DNA of 64,000 bases, from positions 1 through 64,000 of IMG/VR virus record IMGVR_UViG_3300042516_004698; one strand, 5' to 3'. Below, piece after piece: positions 17,797 through 26,568 of this stretch. How positions within the stretch are numbered: position 1 is the stretch's first letter; each line of letters begins with the position of its first letter. This DNA comes from a virus. Below the pieces are notes generated by a model that worked only from the letters and a program-made list of their open reading frames with translations, ran no database searches and had not been told where the DNA came from. A program made the position numbers and the translations under genes.

Positions 17797-18463
17797 CTGC
17801 CCGGTAACCCCAGAACCGGAAAACCGTGTTCAGAAGGTGAGCTCGCTGTGTTCGTACGGCACCCGCCCGCACGTCATGACCGGTTTACTGCGCCAACTGC
17901 TTATTCAGCACTTTACGGATCCCAATAACGTCGAAGATGAACTGTTACGGCAGAAATTTTTAGAGGTTGGAGGGTGGAAGCAGAACGAAAACGGACTGAA
18001 TGACGGCGGTATTTTAATCGAAAGTATCACGCGCTGGCTGCCGAGCGACGAAGACAAGCGCCCGGCTGTTCTTATTAAACGTAACGACTGGTCATGGAAC
18101 CGAATAGGTATCGGCGACGCGGCTGGTAGTGACTACACGTCCGGCTCCAGCAGTTACCTTGGTTTGTGGCAGGGAAGCCATACGTTATACTGTTTATCGT
18201 TAACAGGTCTCGAAACTGAGCTGTTGGCAATCGAAGTCGTCAGATTTTTGCAGCATTTTGGCCCGTGGATTCGAGATCAAATGGACCTGAAAAGGTTCAT
18301 GATCACACAAGTGGGCGGAATAAGTGAAATTAAAGAGGTGGTGCAGGGTTATGCCGTCCCTGTTACCGTGACATACGTTGCCGAGGAGTCTTGGACGCTC
18401 CAGCCGTATGCGCCGCGTTTGAAGCGGATTGTCCTAAAGGCGTCAGAATTATTTACTTGCTGA
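17771..18463 (+). CDS. putative tail terminator / completion protein
   Basis: Directly before the sheath gene; RPAVLIKR motif and size fit this role. Confidence 0.5.
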   Translation: MSHENQSNDCPVTPEPENRVQKVSSLCSYGTRPHVMTGLLRQLLIQHFTDPNNVEDELLRQKFLEVGGWKQNENGLNDGGILIESITRWLPSDEDKRPAVLIKRNDWSWNRIGIGDAAGSDYTSGSSSYLGLWQGSHTLYCLSLTGLETELLAIEVVRFLQHFGPWIRDQMDLKRFMITQVGGISEIKEVVQGYAVPVTVTYVAEESWTLQPYAPRLKRIVLKASELFTC

Positions 18464-18570
18464 CTACGGATTTAAAATCAAATACCGGGTGTTTTATTTG
18501 CAGTTACCGTTTTTTATACTGTGAATAGCCACCAACCGATCAACGCTTTACGGCATGGAGAGTTTTAACT

Positions 18571-21537
18571 ATGGCATACGTTAAACCGCAAGTTCTTGTT
18601 TTCCAAGAATTCACAATTGTACCGACAGAAATCACTGAGCCGCTGCGCGCCCACATCTCGGGCCCTCACGCTGTGCTCCATCGGTATAACAACTCGGACG
18701 AGAAGGCGCTGATGCGCGTCGGCGTGTATAACCCCGCGGTCGACACCGCCTACGCGTGGCCGCAGCGGCTTGCAGGCTCGCGTATCGATGCGGATTATGT
18801 CAAGCTCTACGCCGATGACGCGCTGCTCCGTTACTACGAAGACACAATTAGCGATTTGGCTACAACCACACGGCCTGTCAAGCAAAAATCTAACTGGATC
18901 GAGTCTGTTGCTGGCAGCGGACCGAACGCTACAGCTATACATTACCGCGTAAACGGCGGCTTCAATCGCAGCGGCGTGTTCAAGGATCGTGACGTCAAGG
19001 TCGGCGACATCGTGTATCTGCGTTCTGTCGCCGACGATGTCAACTGCACCGAGACGACGCTGTGGACAAGTGTTGCTGGCTTTGCGAGCACCACGATCCC
19101 GTCAGAGATCGAAAACGCGACTGCCGACATCAATAACGCGGAATCAACTACTGCCGGTAGTTCTTCTGTCAAACTTGCCGGCGCGGTTAACCGAGTGCGA
19201 ATTGCCTCCGTAAATGCCGCCGACTATAGCGGCGTGGAAGACGGCGCGATAACAGAGGTGTACACCGTCGAGGTTGTTACGAGCTCAATCAGCGGCTGTA
19301 ACTCAGCTCGGCTGCGTGTGCGATCTGCCAGCAAACGTGACGATGTCGCGGAGGTGACGCCGGCAGCTTTCGGTAGCGAAACCGTCATCGGCACCCGCGG
19401 GCTGAAAGTTACGTTTGCGAACGCGGTTTTAGGCGCGCCGAATTCCAATACGTTCACCGCCGGCGTTGCGGTTGACACGTTTGTGATTGGTCAAAAATGG
19501 CAGATCACGGTGTCGCAAACTTTCGCTGAAGTAATCGCTATCTCAAACAACGAGAACAGCGTCGTCGCGGGCTCGTACACGGGCGACAAGAACGATACTT
19601 ACATCATCGAATGCACCAAGGGCGGATACGTCGAAGAAGGTGGCACGAACTTCCCGCATATTGTTGTGCGCACAGCCAAGGGTTTGGACTTTTCCGGCCC
19701 GTTTGAGGTTGTGAATTCGGGTGTTTTGGCCGGTGACTTTTTCCCGATTGGTTCGCACGGTGTGGCGGTAGCGTTTGCTACGGTTAGCCCAAGCAGCTCA
19801 AGCTCCAGCAGCTCAAGCGCGGGCAGCTCTGGCACGAGCTTTGTGCCGGTTGCGTCAATGCGCAAGGGCGACAAGTGGTACATCAAGGTCGTATCGAGCA
19901 AGGCTGGCCCGGTTAACCAACTGATTCTCCGCGACGACCTTCCAACAGCGATGCGAGCTGTTGTTACTATGAACGGCTCCACCGAAGTTGTTACGTATCC
20001 GGCTCTGGATATCCGCTTGTTCATCAAGTCTGATATTGAGATCACAGAAAACCGGGTCGGGTTTGCTCCACTCGTTAACTACACGAAGGAAGATACGCAG
20101 ATCGTTGTGAAGGCTGGCGCCATAGCTTATCACCCGGAATGGACGCTGGCCGGTGTCGAGCAGCCTTTGCCTGTTACTGCCGGCACGCTTTATGTGCAAT
20201 ACCGCGAGTGGTTGAGCGAGCTGTGCGATGAGGTCAACTCTATCGCCTCTGTGGCCGATCTTGATCAAATCCGCGGGCAGCTGGATCCTGATAACCCGTT
20301 AAAGTGGGGCGTGTACAAGGCGCTGTCAAACACGCTCGGCACTGTTGTTAAGTACACCGCTGTATGCGAACCCGACGATCTCGACAGCTGGGTGCAGGTG
20401 CTCGAGCGCATCAAGGGTCGCGACGACCTTTATAACCTCGTTCCGCTCACGTTTGATACGCGCGTGCACAATCTGTTCGCGGCGCACATCGGCGGCGAGT
20501 CGAACGAGATTCAGAACAACTGGAAGGCAGGTTTCTTCGGTATCCAAAGCCGCAACAGAAAAATGCTGGTGGGTGAAGGCGCGCCAATTGCTGGCGTGGC
20601 AGGCAACGAAATCGCGGAACCGGTACTTGCCACAATCAGCGACGACACCGCGGCGACTGGCGACCAGTACACGCTGCTGCAGGTGCCGAACGGTGTCGGT
20701 TACTTCATCACAAACGACGTGCAGCCCGGCGACCTTGTGCGGTATTCGTACACGGTAGACGGTTTCGGTGCGACCAAGTACTCCGAGTACGTCGTAGACG
20801 AGGTACTCTCAGAAAGCTCATTGCGGCTGTATTCCGGCACGGACACGGCTATTACAACGCCGCAACGTGTTGAGATTTGGCACAACATGAACCGGAACGA
20901 AATGGCTGATGATATCGCTGAGCGCGCAGGCGCTATGTCGAATCGTCGCGTGTGCGCCGTGTGGCCGGATCAGGTTGGCTCGGCAGGTACGCTGCAGCCC
21001 GGTTACTTCCTCGCCGCCGCCCTTGCGGGGCTGGCGTCGAGCGTGGTGCCGCATCAGGGTCTGACCAACGTAGAAGTGGCCGGCTTTGACGACTACACAA
21101 GGTCATACAAGATGTTTAACGAAACGCAGCTCAATCGTATGGCCGCAGCGGGCGTCTGGATTGTCACCGAAGATCGCGATGGCACGCCGTATAATCGACA
21201 CGCCCTCACGACCGACAACCTCGACCTTAATAGGCGTGAGGAGATGATTCGGCGCAACGTCGACTCAATCTCTTACCTGTTCCTGCGCCGCCTGCGTCCG
21301 TACATCGGCCGCACTAACGCGACGCCGTTAATGGTCACCTACCTGAGCAGCCGTGTATCCGAAGTAATTGATTTCCTCAAAAATAACGGCTACACGCAAG
21401 AGCTCGGGTCGCAGTTAATCGACGGCTCAATCCGAGTATTGCGTATACACCCGCTGTTAAAAGATCGCATTGAAATTGTGCTCGATTTAGTGGTGCCAGC
21501 GCCGCTGAACAACATTGAGCTGCACTTAGTGGTGTAA
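18571..21537 (+). CDS. contractile tail sheath protein
   Basis: N-terminal MAYVKPQVLVFQE; C-terminal RNVDSISY, RPYIGRTN, IEIVLDLVVPAPLNNIELHLVV typical of sheaths. Confidence 0.85.
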   Translation: MAYVKPQVLVFQEFTIVPTEITEPLRAHISGPHAVLHRYNNSDEKALMRVGVYNPAVDTAYAWPQRLAGSRIDADYVKLYADDALLRYYEDTISDLATTTRPVKQKSNWIESVAGSGPNATAIHYRVNGGFNRSGVFKDRDVKVGDIVYLRSVADDVNCTETTLWTSVAGFASTTIPSEIENATADINNAESTTAGSSSVKLAGAVNRVRIASVNAADYSGVEDGAITEVYTVEVVTSSISGCNSARLRVRSASKRDDVAEVTPAAFGSETVIGTRGLKVTFANAVLGAPNSNTFTAGVAVDTFVIGQKWQITVSQTFAEVIAISNNENSVVAGSYTGDKNDTYIIECTKGGYVEEGGTNFPHIVVRTAKGLDFSGPFEVVNSGVLAGDFFPIGSHGVAVAFATVSPSSSSSSSSSAGSSGTSFVPVASMRKGDKWYIKVVSSKAGPVNQLILRDDLPTAMRAVVTMNGSTEVVTYPALDIRLFIKSDIEITENRVGFAPLVNYTKEDTQIVVKAGAIAYHPEWTLAGVEQPLPVTAGTLYVQYREWLSELCDEVNSIASVADLDQIRGQLDPDNPLKWGVYKALSNTLGTVVKYTAVCEPDDLDSWVQVLERIKGRDDLYNLVPLTFDTRVHNLFAAHIGGESNEIQNNWKAGFFGIQSRNRKMLVGEGAPIAGVAGNEIAEPVLATISDDTAATGDQYTLLQVPNGVGYFITNDVQPGDLVRYSYTVDGFGATKYSEYVVDEVLSESSLRLYSGTDTAITTPQRVEIWHNMNRNEMADDIAERAGAMSNRRVCAVWPDQVGSAGTLQPGYFLAAALAGLASSVVPHQGLTNVEVAGFDDYTRSYKMFNETQLNRMAAAGVWIVTEDRDGTPYNRHALTTDNLDLNRREEMIRRNVDSISYLFLRRLRPYIGRTNATPLMVTYLSSRVSEVIDFLKNNGYTQELGSQLIDGSIRVLRIHPLLKDRIEIVLDLVVPAPLNNIELHLVV

Positions 21538-21557
21538 ATTTAAAACGGAGTTAACAC

Positions 21558-22085
21558 ATGGCAAAAGCAAGAGCAAACATTTTCGAGAACACAGACCAGA
21601 CAATCGGCGGCGCTTTTACCGCCGAGAACTGCTCGCTGCAACTCGGTGACGCGCCATCAACAGGCGCGGTGGTGCAGCGTGTGAATTTCACCATCAACAG
21701 GCCTATTAACTTCATTTACGAGCTGGGCACAAAAGGCGCGCCGCAGAACGTTTATTACGTAGGCGGCCGTCGACAGGGGCAGGCGCAGTTTGAGCGTATT
21801 GTGGGCGGTTCGAACGCTTTCAAGACGTTTGTTGATGACTACGGCCCGTTGTGCGAAAAGCCCGGTAAGAACATCATACTGACGGCTCACGGCGGTTGCG
21901 CGATTACGGCGCGGGGCGCGGCGGGGGCAGCGCTTAACGCAGATGGCGGCGTGACGTATACGTTAAAAACACCGAAGATCACCACGCTTGGTGTTAGCGT
22001 ATCTGCGCAAGATATTGTGATTATGGAAAATGTCGGTATGGTGTTTTTGGATCTGCTCTACGAAGTAGCCAAAGCCGGCGCATAA
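21558..22085 (+). CDS. tail tube protein
   Basis: 175 aa after the sheath; beta-rich with IYELG motif; hairpin downstream. Confidence 0.7.
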   Translation: MAKARANIFENTDQTIGGAFTAENCSLQLGDAPSTGAVVQRVNFTINRPINFIYELGTKGAPQNVYYVGGRRQGQAQFERIVGGSNAFKTFVDDYGPLCEKPGKNIILTAHGGCAITARGAAGAALNADGGVTYTLKTPKITTLGVSVSAQDIVIMENVGMVFLDLLYEVAKAGA

Positions 22086-22108
22086 GTTGATAATTACGTA
22101 CTACCAAT

Positions 22109-22143
22109 TAAGCAGCGGTTGCGCAAAACGCAGCCGCTGCTTA
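22109..22143 (+). terminator. terminator-like hairpin after the tube gene
   Basis: TAAGCAGCGGTTGCG-CAAAA-CGCAGCCGCTGCTTA 15-bp stem (one G-U pair); weak U tract. Confidence 0.65.
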
Positions 22144-22204
22144 TGGTATTGGGTGGCAACACCCGGGGCTTTATGCCCATAACCTCACCGATTGGTGGAC
22201 ATAA

Positions 22205-25099
22205 ATGGGCGCAGAAAATAGCGGCCACAGTGTAAATCTGCAGCCATCTAAAACGCTGTCAGCGCTTGTCGACCCGACAGCCGACGTGCGTAGGCTGGAA
22301 GCTCGCGTTGACGCGCCCACAGCCACAAATGCGCACACGGCCAATTTAACGCCGACAGCAGACCCGCGCATCCGCGGTCCGGCATACGCTACCAGCCTAA
22401 ATAACGGCGGTAATATCTGCGTCGGCGAGATTATAGACTGCGCAGTTGTAGCGAATTGTTACCGTGTAAATGTCGAGCGGTTAAAAACGCCTATGATGGC
22501 GGCCGCTTTATCGGCGACAAGTCAGTCTCCGATTGGCGCCACGGACATCAGTACATTCACGCCCGGCACGAGCGTATTGCTGTATGTTCACAATGATTTG
22601 CCGCACGCGCTTATTCTAGGCGCAGTGCCGCCCGTCGCTATACGCGGCAAGGAGTCTATTCACGATTTTATCCATCAGGCTTCTCGCAACCGGGTCGACG
22701 ACGCGCATAAGCAGTATTTAAAGTTCGCTGATGGCGGCGGTGTGGTTAACTGGAGCACATGGCGACCGTTTGACAGCACGAATGCGGGCGAATGGGGCGC
22801 AATAACCACCACTGGCCTGAAAATCACGCTAGACGATTTCATGGTGCAGATGGCTGTAAACGAATTTACCGGCGTATTCGGCTTTTATCACGATCAGCTA
22901 TTACGTATCGGCGGCTACAACCTGCAGACATGGACGGCAGGGCACGAGCGCGACGCCTACATGGATCAGGCGGAATATAACGACACGCAGGGCTACTCGC
23001 CGTATCCGTGGGAAGCTATAGGCTCGCTAGAGCCGGGTCAGGATACAATCCAGACCTACGACGCAAACGCGGTTATGATGGCCAAGGGCAGGCCGTATTA
23101 CGGAAGCTGGGAAAACAAATACGAAAACCAGCAACCATTTCACAGAACGCAAAACTTTTACGGTTACTACGGACAAGGCCGTCGAACCGTAGTATGCGCA
23201 CCGCCGACAGGCCAAACGTGGTGGACTTATAAGTTCACAGGCAGCGGAGATGCGCCCGATCCGTACGAGTCCACCGCGCAGAGTAAACTGTCCGGCACAC
23301 GTACCGCGTCGAAGGGTAGCGCTAAGCCGACGCAAGACGACGAACAACCGCCAATCGGTTTATCAGAAGACAACACCGGACTGGACGGCCGACGGTTTAT
23401 CGCGTCGGCAAAAGGTATTACGCTAACTAAGCGATTATTGCTACCTGTACCTGCGCGCATTCGCCGACCGGAAGACGGTAATGGAGATACGCAAGATAAC
23501 TATAAGTTTGCCGGCAAATACGGCGGCGGGGGCGAGCACACAATCACGGGCGATCTGGAAGCCACCGATAAGCATCCGCATTTGCAACGAGCCGCTGGTG
23601 TGTTAGACCTGCATGGTTACTTATTTAACTACGCCGGCCTGCACCCGTTTCACTGGCACGCAAAAGACTACAAGACATGGGAGCAGAGCGAGCTTGAGCA
23701 CGCGCAGTATAACCACGTGGTGCCGAACTACAGCTCGCTCAAGGGTTCGATGTACTTACAAGAACCCGGGCACCAATCGATCAAAATTGACCACCGCTAC
23801 AACACGCAAAACTTCTATCCCAGCGAATCGTTTATTTCGCTGCTCGAGGACGGTGGCATAGTTATTGGCGACGGCTATGGCGCTGAAATACGTATGACAG
23901 CCGGTTGCGTCACTATCTCAGCCCCCGGCGACGTCTGGCTCAAACCCGGCCGTAACGCGCAAGTCTGGGCCGGCCGTGACTGCATTGTCCGCGCGGATAA
24001 GACAATCGATATGTCCGCGACTGAAGAGAACGTGCGCATAAAGGCCGAAAAGAACGTCATGATTTTCGCCGGCAACGAGGAGTCAAAAGAGCTCGGCGGG
24101 GTACTGATTGAAAGCCGCGCGCAAGCGCCTATCTATAACTTTGACACACCGGGCGATGGCGTCGTATTTGGCGGGATCGTACTGAAAGCCAAAAAGGCTG
24201 AGATCGTCGGGCTGTCGAAGAACATCTACCTGCGCACTGTTGGCGGCAAAGAGGGTTTGGACGACGTGCCGGTTGGTAATATCATGATCGACGCCAACCG
24301 CGGTGAGGGCGCGATTATGACGCGAGCAAAAAATATCTATCACTATATCGAAGACATCAAGGGCAAGATTTTTCACGCGTTCCGAGATGATCCGCCATCA
24401 AAAGTTAAAGTTGTGAGCGCATTCGGGAAAAATAACACTTACTTAAACGGTCCTCTTTATACCGACGGCCCGATTGTCGCAGACGGTCAGACCTCTGCCT
24501 TTTCGTTCATGGCGCGTAATAACATCTTCATTAACAAGGGCCACATCTTCACGAAAAACGGCGGGCCGGCTTTACCGTGTCCGGAAGGTAGCGAGTGCGG
24601 CGACGATGTGAACTCTATTGTTGAAGCCGTTAAAGACATGATAAATAAAGAACTACCAAAAACGCTGCAGCAGATATACGACGAAAAATATGTGCCGCTG
24701 TTGTACGAAGAGCGCAAGCCCGGCGAAAAGAAAACAATGCGGGATATCGAATTCAGTTTTCGCAGAGACGAGGATTACCGCGTAGACGAGTTTGAACTGT
24801 TTGAAGACCGCTGGCAGCAGATGGCGCGTCTTGCCGGGCAGGAAATGGATAAGTGGGAGGAAAAACCAGTCAAGGTTGCGTCAGGCACAGAAACTTGGCC
24901 GTTCCCGGGTAAAGCAAAACTTGTAGACGAGCAAGTATTTGTCACGCAAGACTTCACGATTGTCGAGGCGAGCGGCGGCAACTTTCGCGACAAGGACCGT
25001 GGCTCTGGCGGTAGCAGTCTTGCCGGTCCGTACAAAGAACCGAAGCTAGGCGAACCGAAGCGAGAAACGATTAAGGATAAGTACCTCATCATCAAATAG
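22205..25099 (+). CDS. putative baseplate central spike (gp5/VgrG-like)
   Basis: N-terminal OB-like segment (VGEIID...TPGTSVLLYV...ILGAVP); beta-helix-like periodicity ISAPGDVWLKPGRNAQVWAGRDCIVRADKTIDMSA. Confidence 0.55.
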   Translation: MGAENSGHSVNLQPSKTLSALVDPTADVRRLEARVDAPTATNAHTANLTPTADPRIRGPAYATSLNNGGNICVGEIIDCAVVANCYRVNVERLKTPMMAAALSATSQSPIGATDISTFTPGTSVLLYVHNDLPHALILGAVPPVAIRGKESIHDFIHQASRNRVDDAHKQYLKFADGGGVVNWSTWRPFDSTNAGEWGAITTTGLKITLDDFMVQMAVNEFTGVFGFYHDQLLRIGGYNLQTWTAGHERDAYMDQAEYNDTQGYSPYPWEAIGSLEPGQDTIQTYDANAVMMAKGRPYYGSWENKYENQQPFHRTQNFYGYYGQGRRTVVCAPPTGQTWWTYKFTGSGDAPDPYESTAQSKLSGTRTASKGSAKPTQDDEQPPIGLSEDNTGLDGRRFIASAKGITLTKRLLLPVPARIRRPEDGNGDTQDNYKFAGKYGGGGEHTITGDLEATDKHPHLQRAAGVLDLHGYLFNYAGLHPFHWHAKDYKTWEQSELEHAQYNHVVPNYSSLKGSMYLQEPGHQSIKIDHRYNTQNFYPSESFISLLEDGGIVIGDGYGAEIRMTAGCVTISAPGDVWLKPGRNAQVWAGRDCIVRADKTIDMSATEENVRIKAEKNVMIFAGNEESKELGGVLIESRAQAPIYNFDTPGDGVVFGGIVLKAKKAEIVGLSKNIYLRTVGGKEGLDDVPVGNIMIDANRGEGAIMTRAKNIYHYIEDIKGKIFHAFRDDPPSKVKVVSAFGKNNTYLNGPLYTDGPIVADGQTSAFSFMARNNIFINKGHIFTKNGGPALPCPEGSECGDDVNSIVEAVKDMINKELPKTLQQIYDEKYVPLLYEERKPGEKKTMRDIEFSFRRDEDYRVDEFELFEDRWQQMARLAGQEMDKWEEKPVKVASGTETWPFPGKAKLVDEQVFVTQDFTIVEASGGNFRDKDRGSGGSSLAGPYKEPKLGEPKRETIKDKYLIIK

Positions 25100-25107
25100 G
25101 AACCTAT

Positions 25108-26154
25108 ATGAGCAAGGACGGCTCGGGGCAGTACGTTTCGGAATTTACAAAAAAGACTCTGCTGCAATTTGACTGGCAGCCCGGCGAACCGCTGCCTGTA
25201 AATCTTGGTGACGTATTGGCTGAGATTAAAGAACGCACGCCGCCCAGCCAAGTGCCGGGTTTATTCGTCGACATCGCTAATATGACGGCTGAAGACATTG
25301 CACTAGTTAAAACTACGCTGGCCGACGCGAAGACAGAAATCGAAAACGAGAAGCGGCAGCAAGAGCTTGACCGTAAAACTGCTGGGCTCGGCGAGAGCGC
25401 GCGGCAGTTATATGCGAAACTGACTGCACCGGACACGCCCGCCGCCACGCAGATTATCGATGACCGAAAAACAGTTCCGCAGCTTCCTGCGACGCCCGAA
25501 CCGCCCCCAGCTGCGTCAGAATCAACGCCAGAGCCGGTAAAAGAAGAAGAACCGGAAATAAACCTGAAGGATCCGCTGACAGAACCACCGGAACCGCTAG
25601 TAGAAAAAAAAGATGTTCCACCGCCGTTCTGTCCCCGCTGCAGCTGGGACATGCGCCGCGAGTTCGACGTCGAAGTCACGGACGCGGATAAAGAAGCGTT
25701 TATAGCCGTCACTCTCGGGAACGAGCGGTTTAAGAAAACATTTGAGCTGATGGGCGGCAAATACAAAGTGCAGTTTCGCAGCTTGCTGGCCGAAGAAAAC
25801 ACGATCATTCACCACCAGCTGCTTATCGATCAGCGCGACAATCACTTTTTAAGCGACACTGAGTGGTTCCTGCGCATGTTTGAGTACCGGCTCGCCTGCG
25901 CTATGGCAGATGTCACCGTAGACGGACGGCTAGTAGCGGCTATTCCCGAGCTCGAGACTGTTTCTGATAAAACAGAACTGCCGAATAAAGGCGACGACCC
26001 GAAAAAGCCCGCTGTTGTCAGATTGCGTGAATATGCGCTTGTCGGCGTGCTCCGCAACGAGGTCACGCGGCGGCTGGTCGGAAACCAATTCCGCATGTTC
26101 CAGCGGTTTTGCGAAACACTGGAGGCGATGGCGGTAGAGCCAAATTTTTGGTGA
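25108..26154 (+). CDS. putative tail assembly chaperone (G-like)
   Basis: Two ORFs before the tape measure; ends at slippery A AAT TTT; contains CPRC. Confidence 0.6.
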   Translation: MSKDGSGQYVSEFTKKTLLQFDWQPGEPLPVNLGDVLAEIKERTPPSQVPGLFVDIANMTAEDIALVKTTLADAKTEIENEKRQQELDRKTAGLGESARQLYAKLTAPDTPAATQIIDDRKTVPQLPATPEPPPAASESTPEPVKEEEPEINLKDPLTEPPEPLVEKKDVPPPFCPRCSWDMRREFDVEVTDADKEAFIAVTLGNERFKKTFELMGGKYKVQFRSLLAEENTIIHHQLLIDQRDNHFLSDTEWFLRMFEYRLACAMADVTVDGRLVAAIPELETVSDKTELPNKGDDPKKPAVVRLREYALVGVLRNEVTRRLVGNQFRMFQRFCETLEAMAVEPNFW

Positions 26155-26567
26155 GGGATCGTGCGGCGGCGTTTATGGTGCGCGCCGCCGCAACGGGAGC
26201 GTTTAATTACGCGAACGCCGATCCCTATGACAGCCAGTGGCGCCTGCGGCACTTATTGGTCATACGTGAGGTAACACGGCAGGCAAACGAAAGCCTGTTA
26301 ACGGCCGCGCATAATTACTGGTGCGCGTACGTATCCCACAGCAATTTGGACGCTGACAGCTGGGCAAACGCCAAAGAACACGCGGCAGATACGCTAACTG
26401 ATATCCAGAGCAACCTTTTCCCGTGGATTAAGACCGAGGAAAACAAATCCAAAAAAGATACAATAGACGCTAAATACGGCGATTTAATTGCCAGCTATCG
26501 CCGGCTGGTAGCAAGCAAGGCCGCCAAGGCAGCAGAGCAACCACCAAAACCACCCGGAAACGAATAA
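26109..26567 (+). CDS. tail chaperone frameshift extension (GT-like)
   Basis: -1 frame relative to the upstream ORF, open across the slippery site, no convincing own start. Confidence 0.6.
   Translation: MRNTGGDGGRAKFLVRDRAAAFMVRAAATGAFNYANADPYDSQWRLRHLLVIREVTRQANESLLTAAHNYWCAYVSHSNLDADSWANAKEHAADTLTDIQSNLFPWIKTEENKSKKDTIDAKYGDLIASYRRLVASKAAKAAEQPPKPPGNE
26142..26192 (+). other. putative -1 programmed frameshift site with downstream stem
   Basis: In-frame A-AAT-TTT heptamer at 26142-26148; 10-bp stem 26162-26171 / 26183-26192. Confidence 0.65.
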
Positions 26568-26568
26568 C

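Noticed and set aside
18464-18570. Sigma-70 promoter before the sheath gene (TTGCAG...TATACT), and a TCAAATA motif shared with about 2860
   Set aside because: The spacing is only 11 nt and the shared motif is too short to support from two examples.
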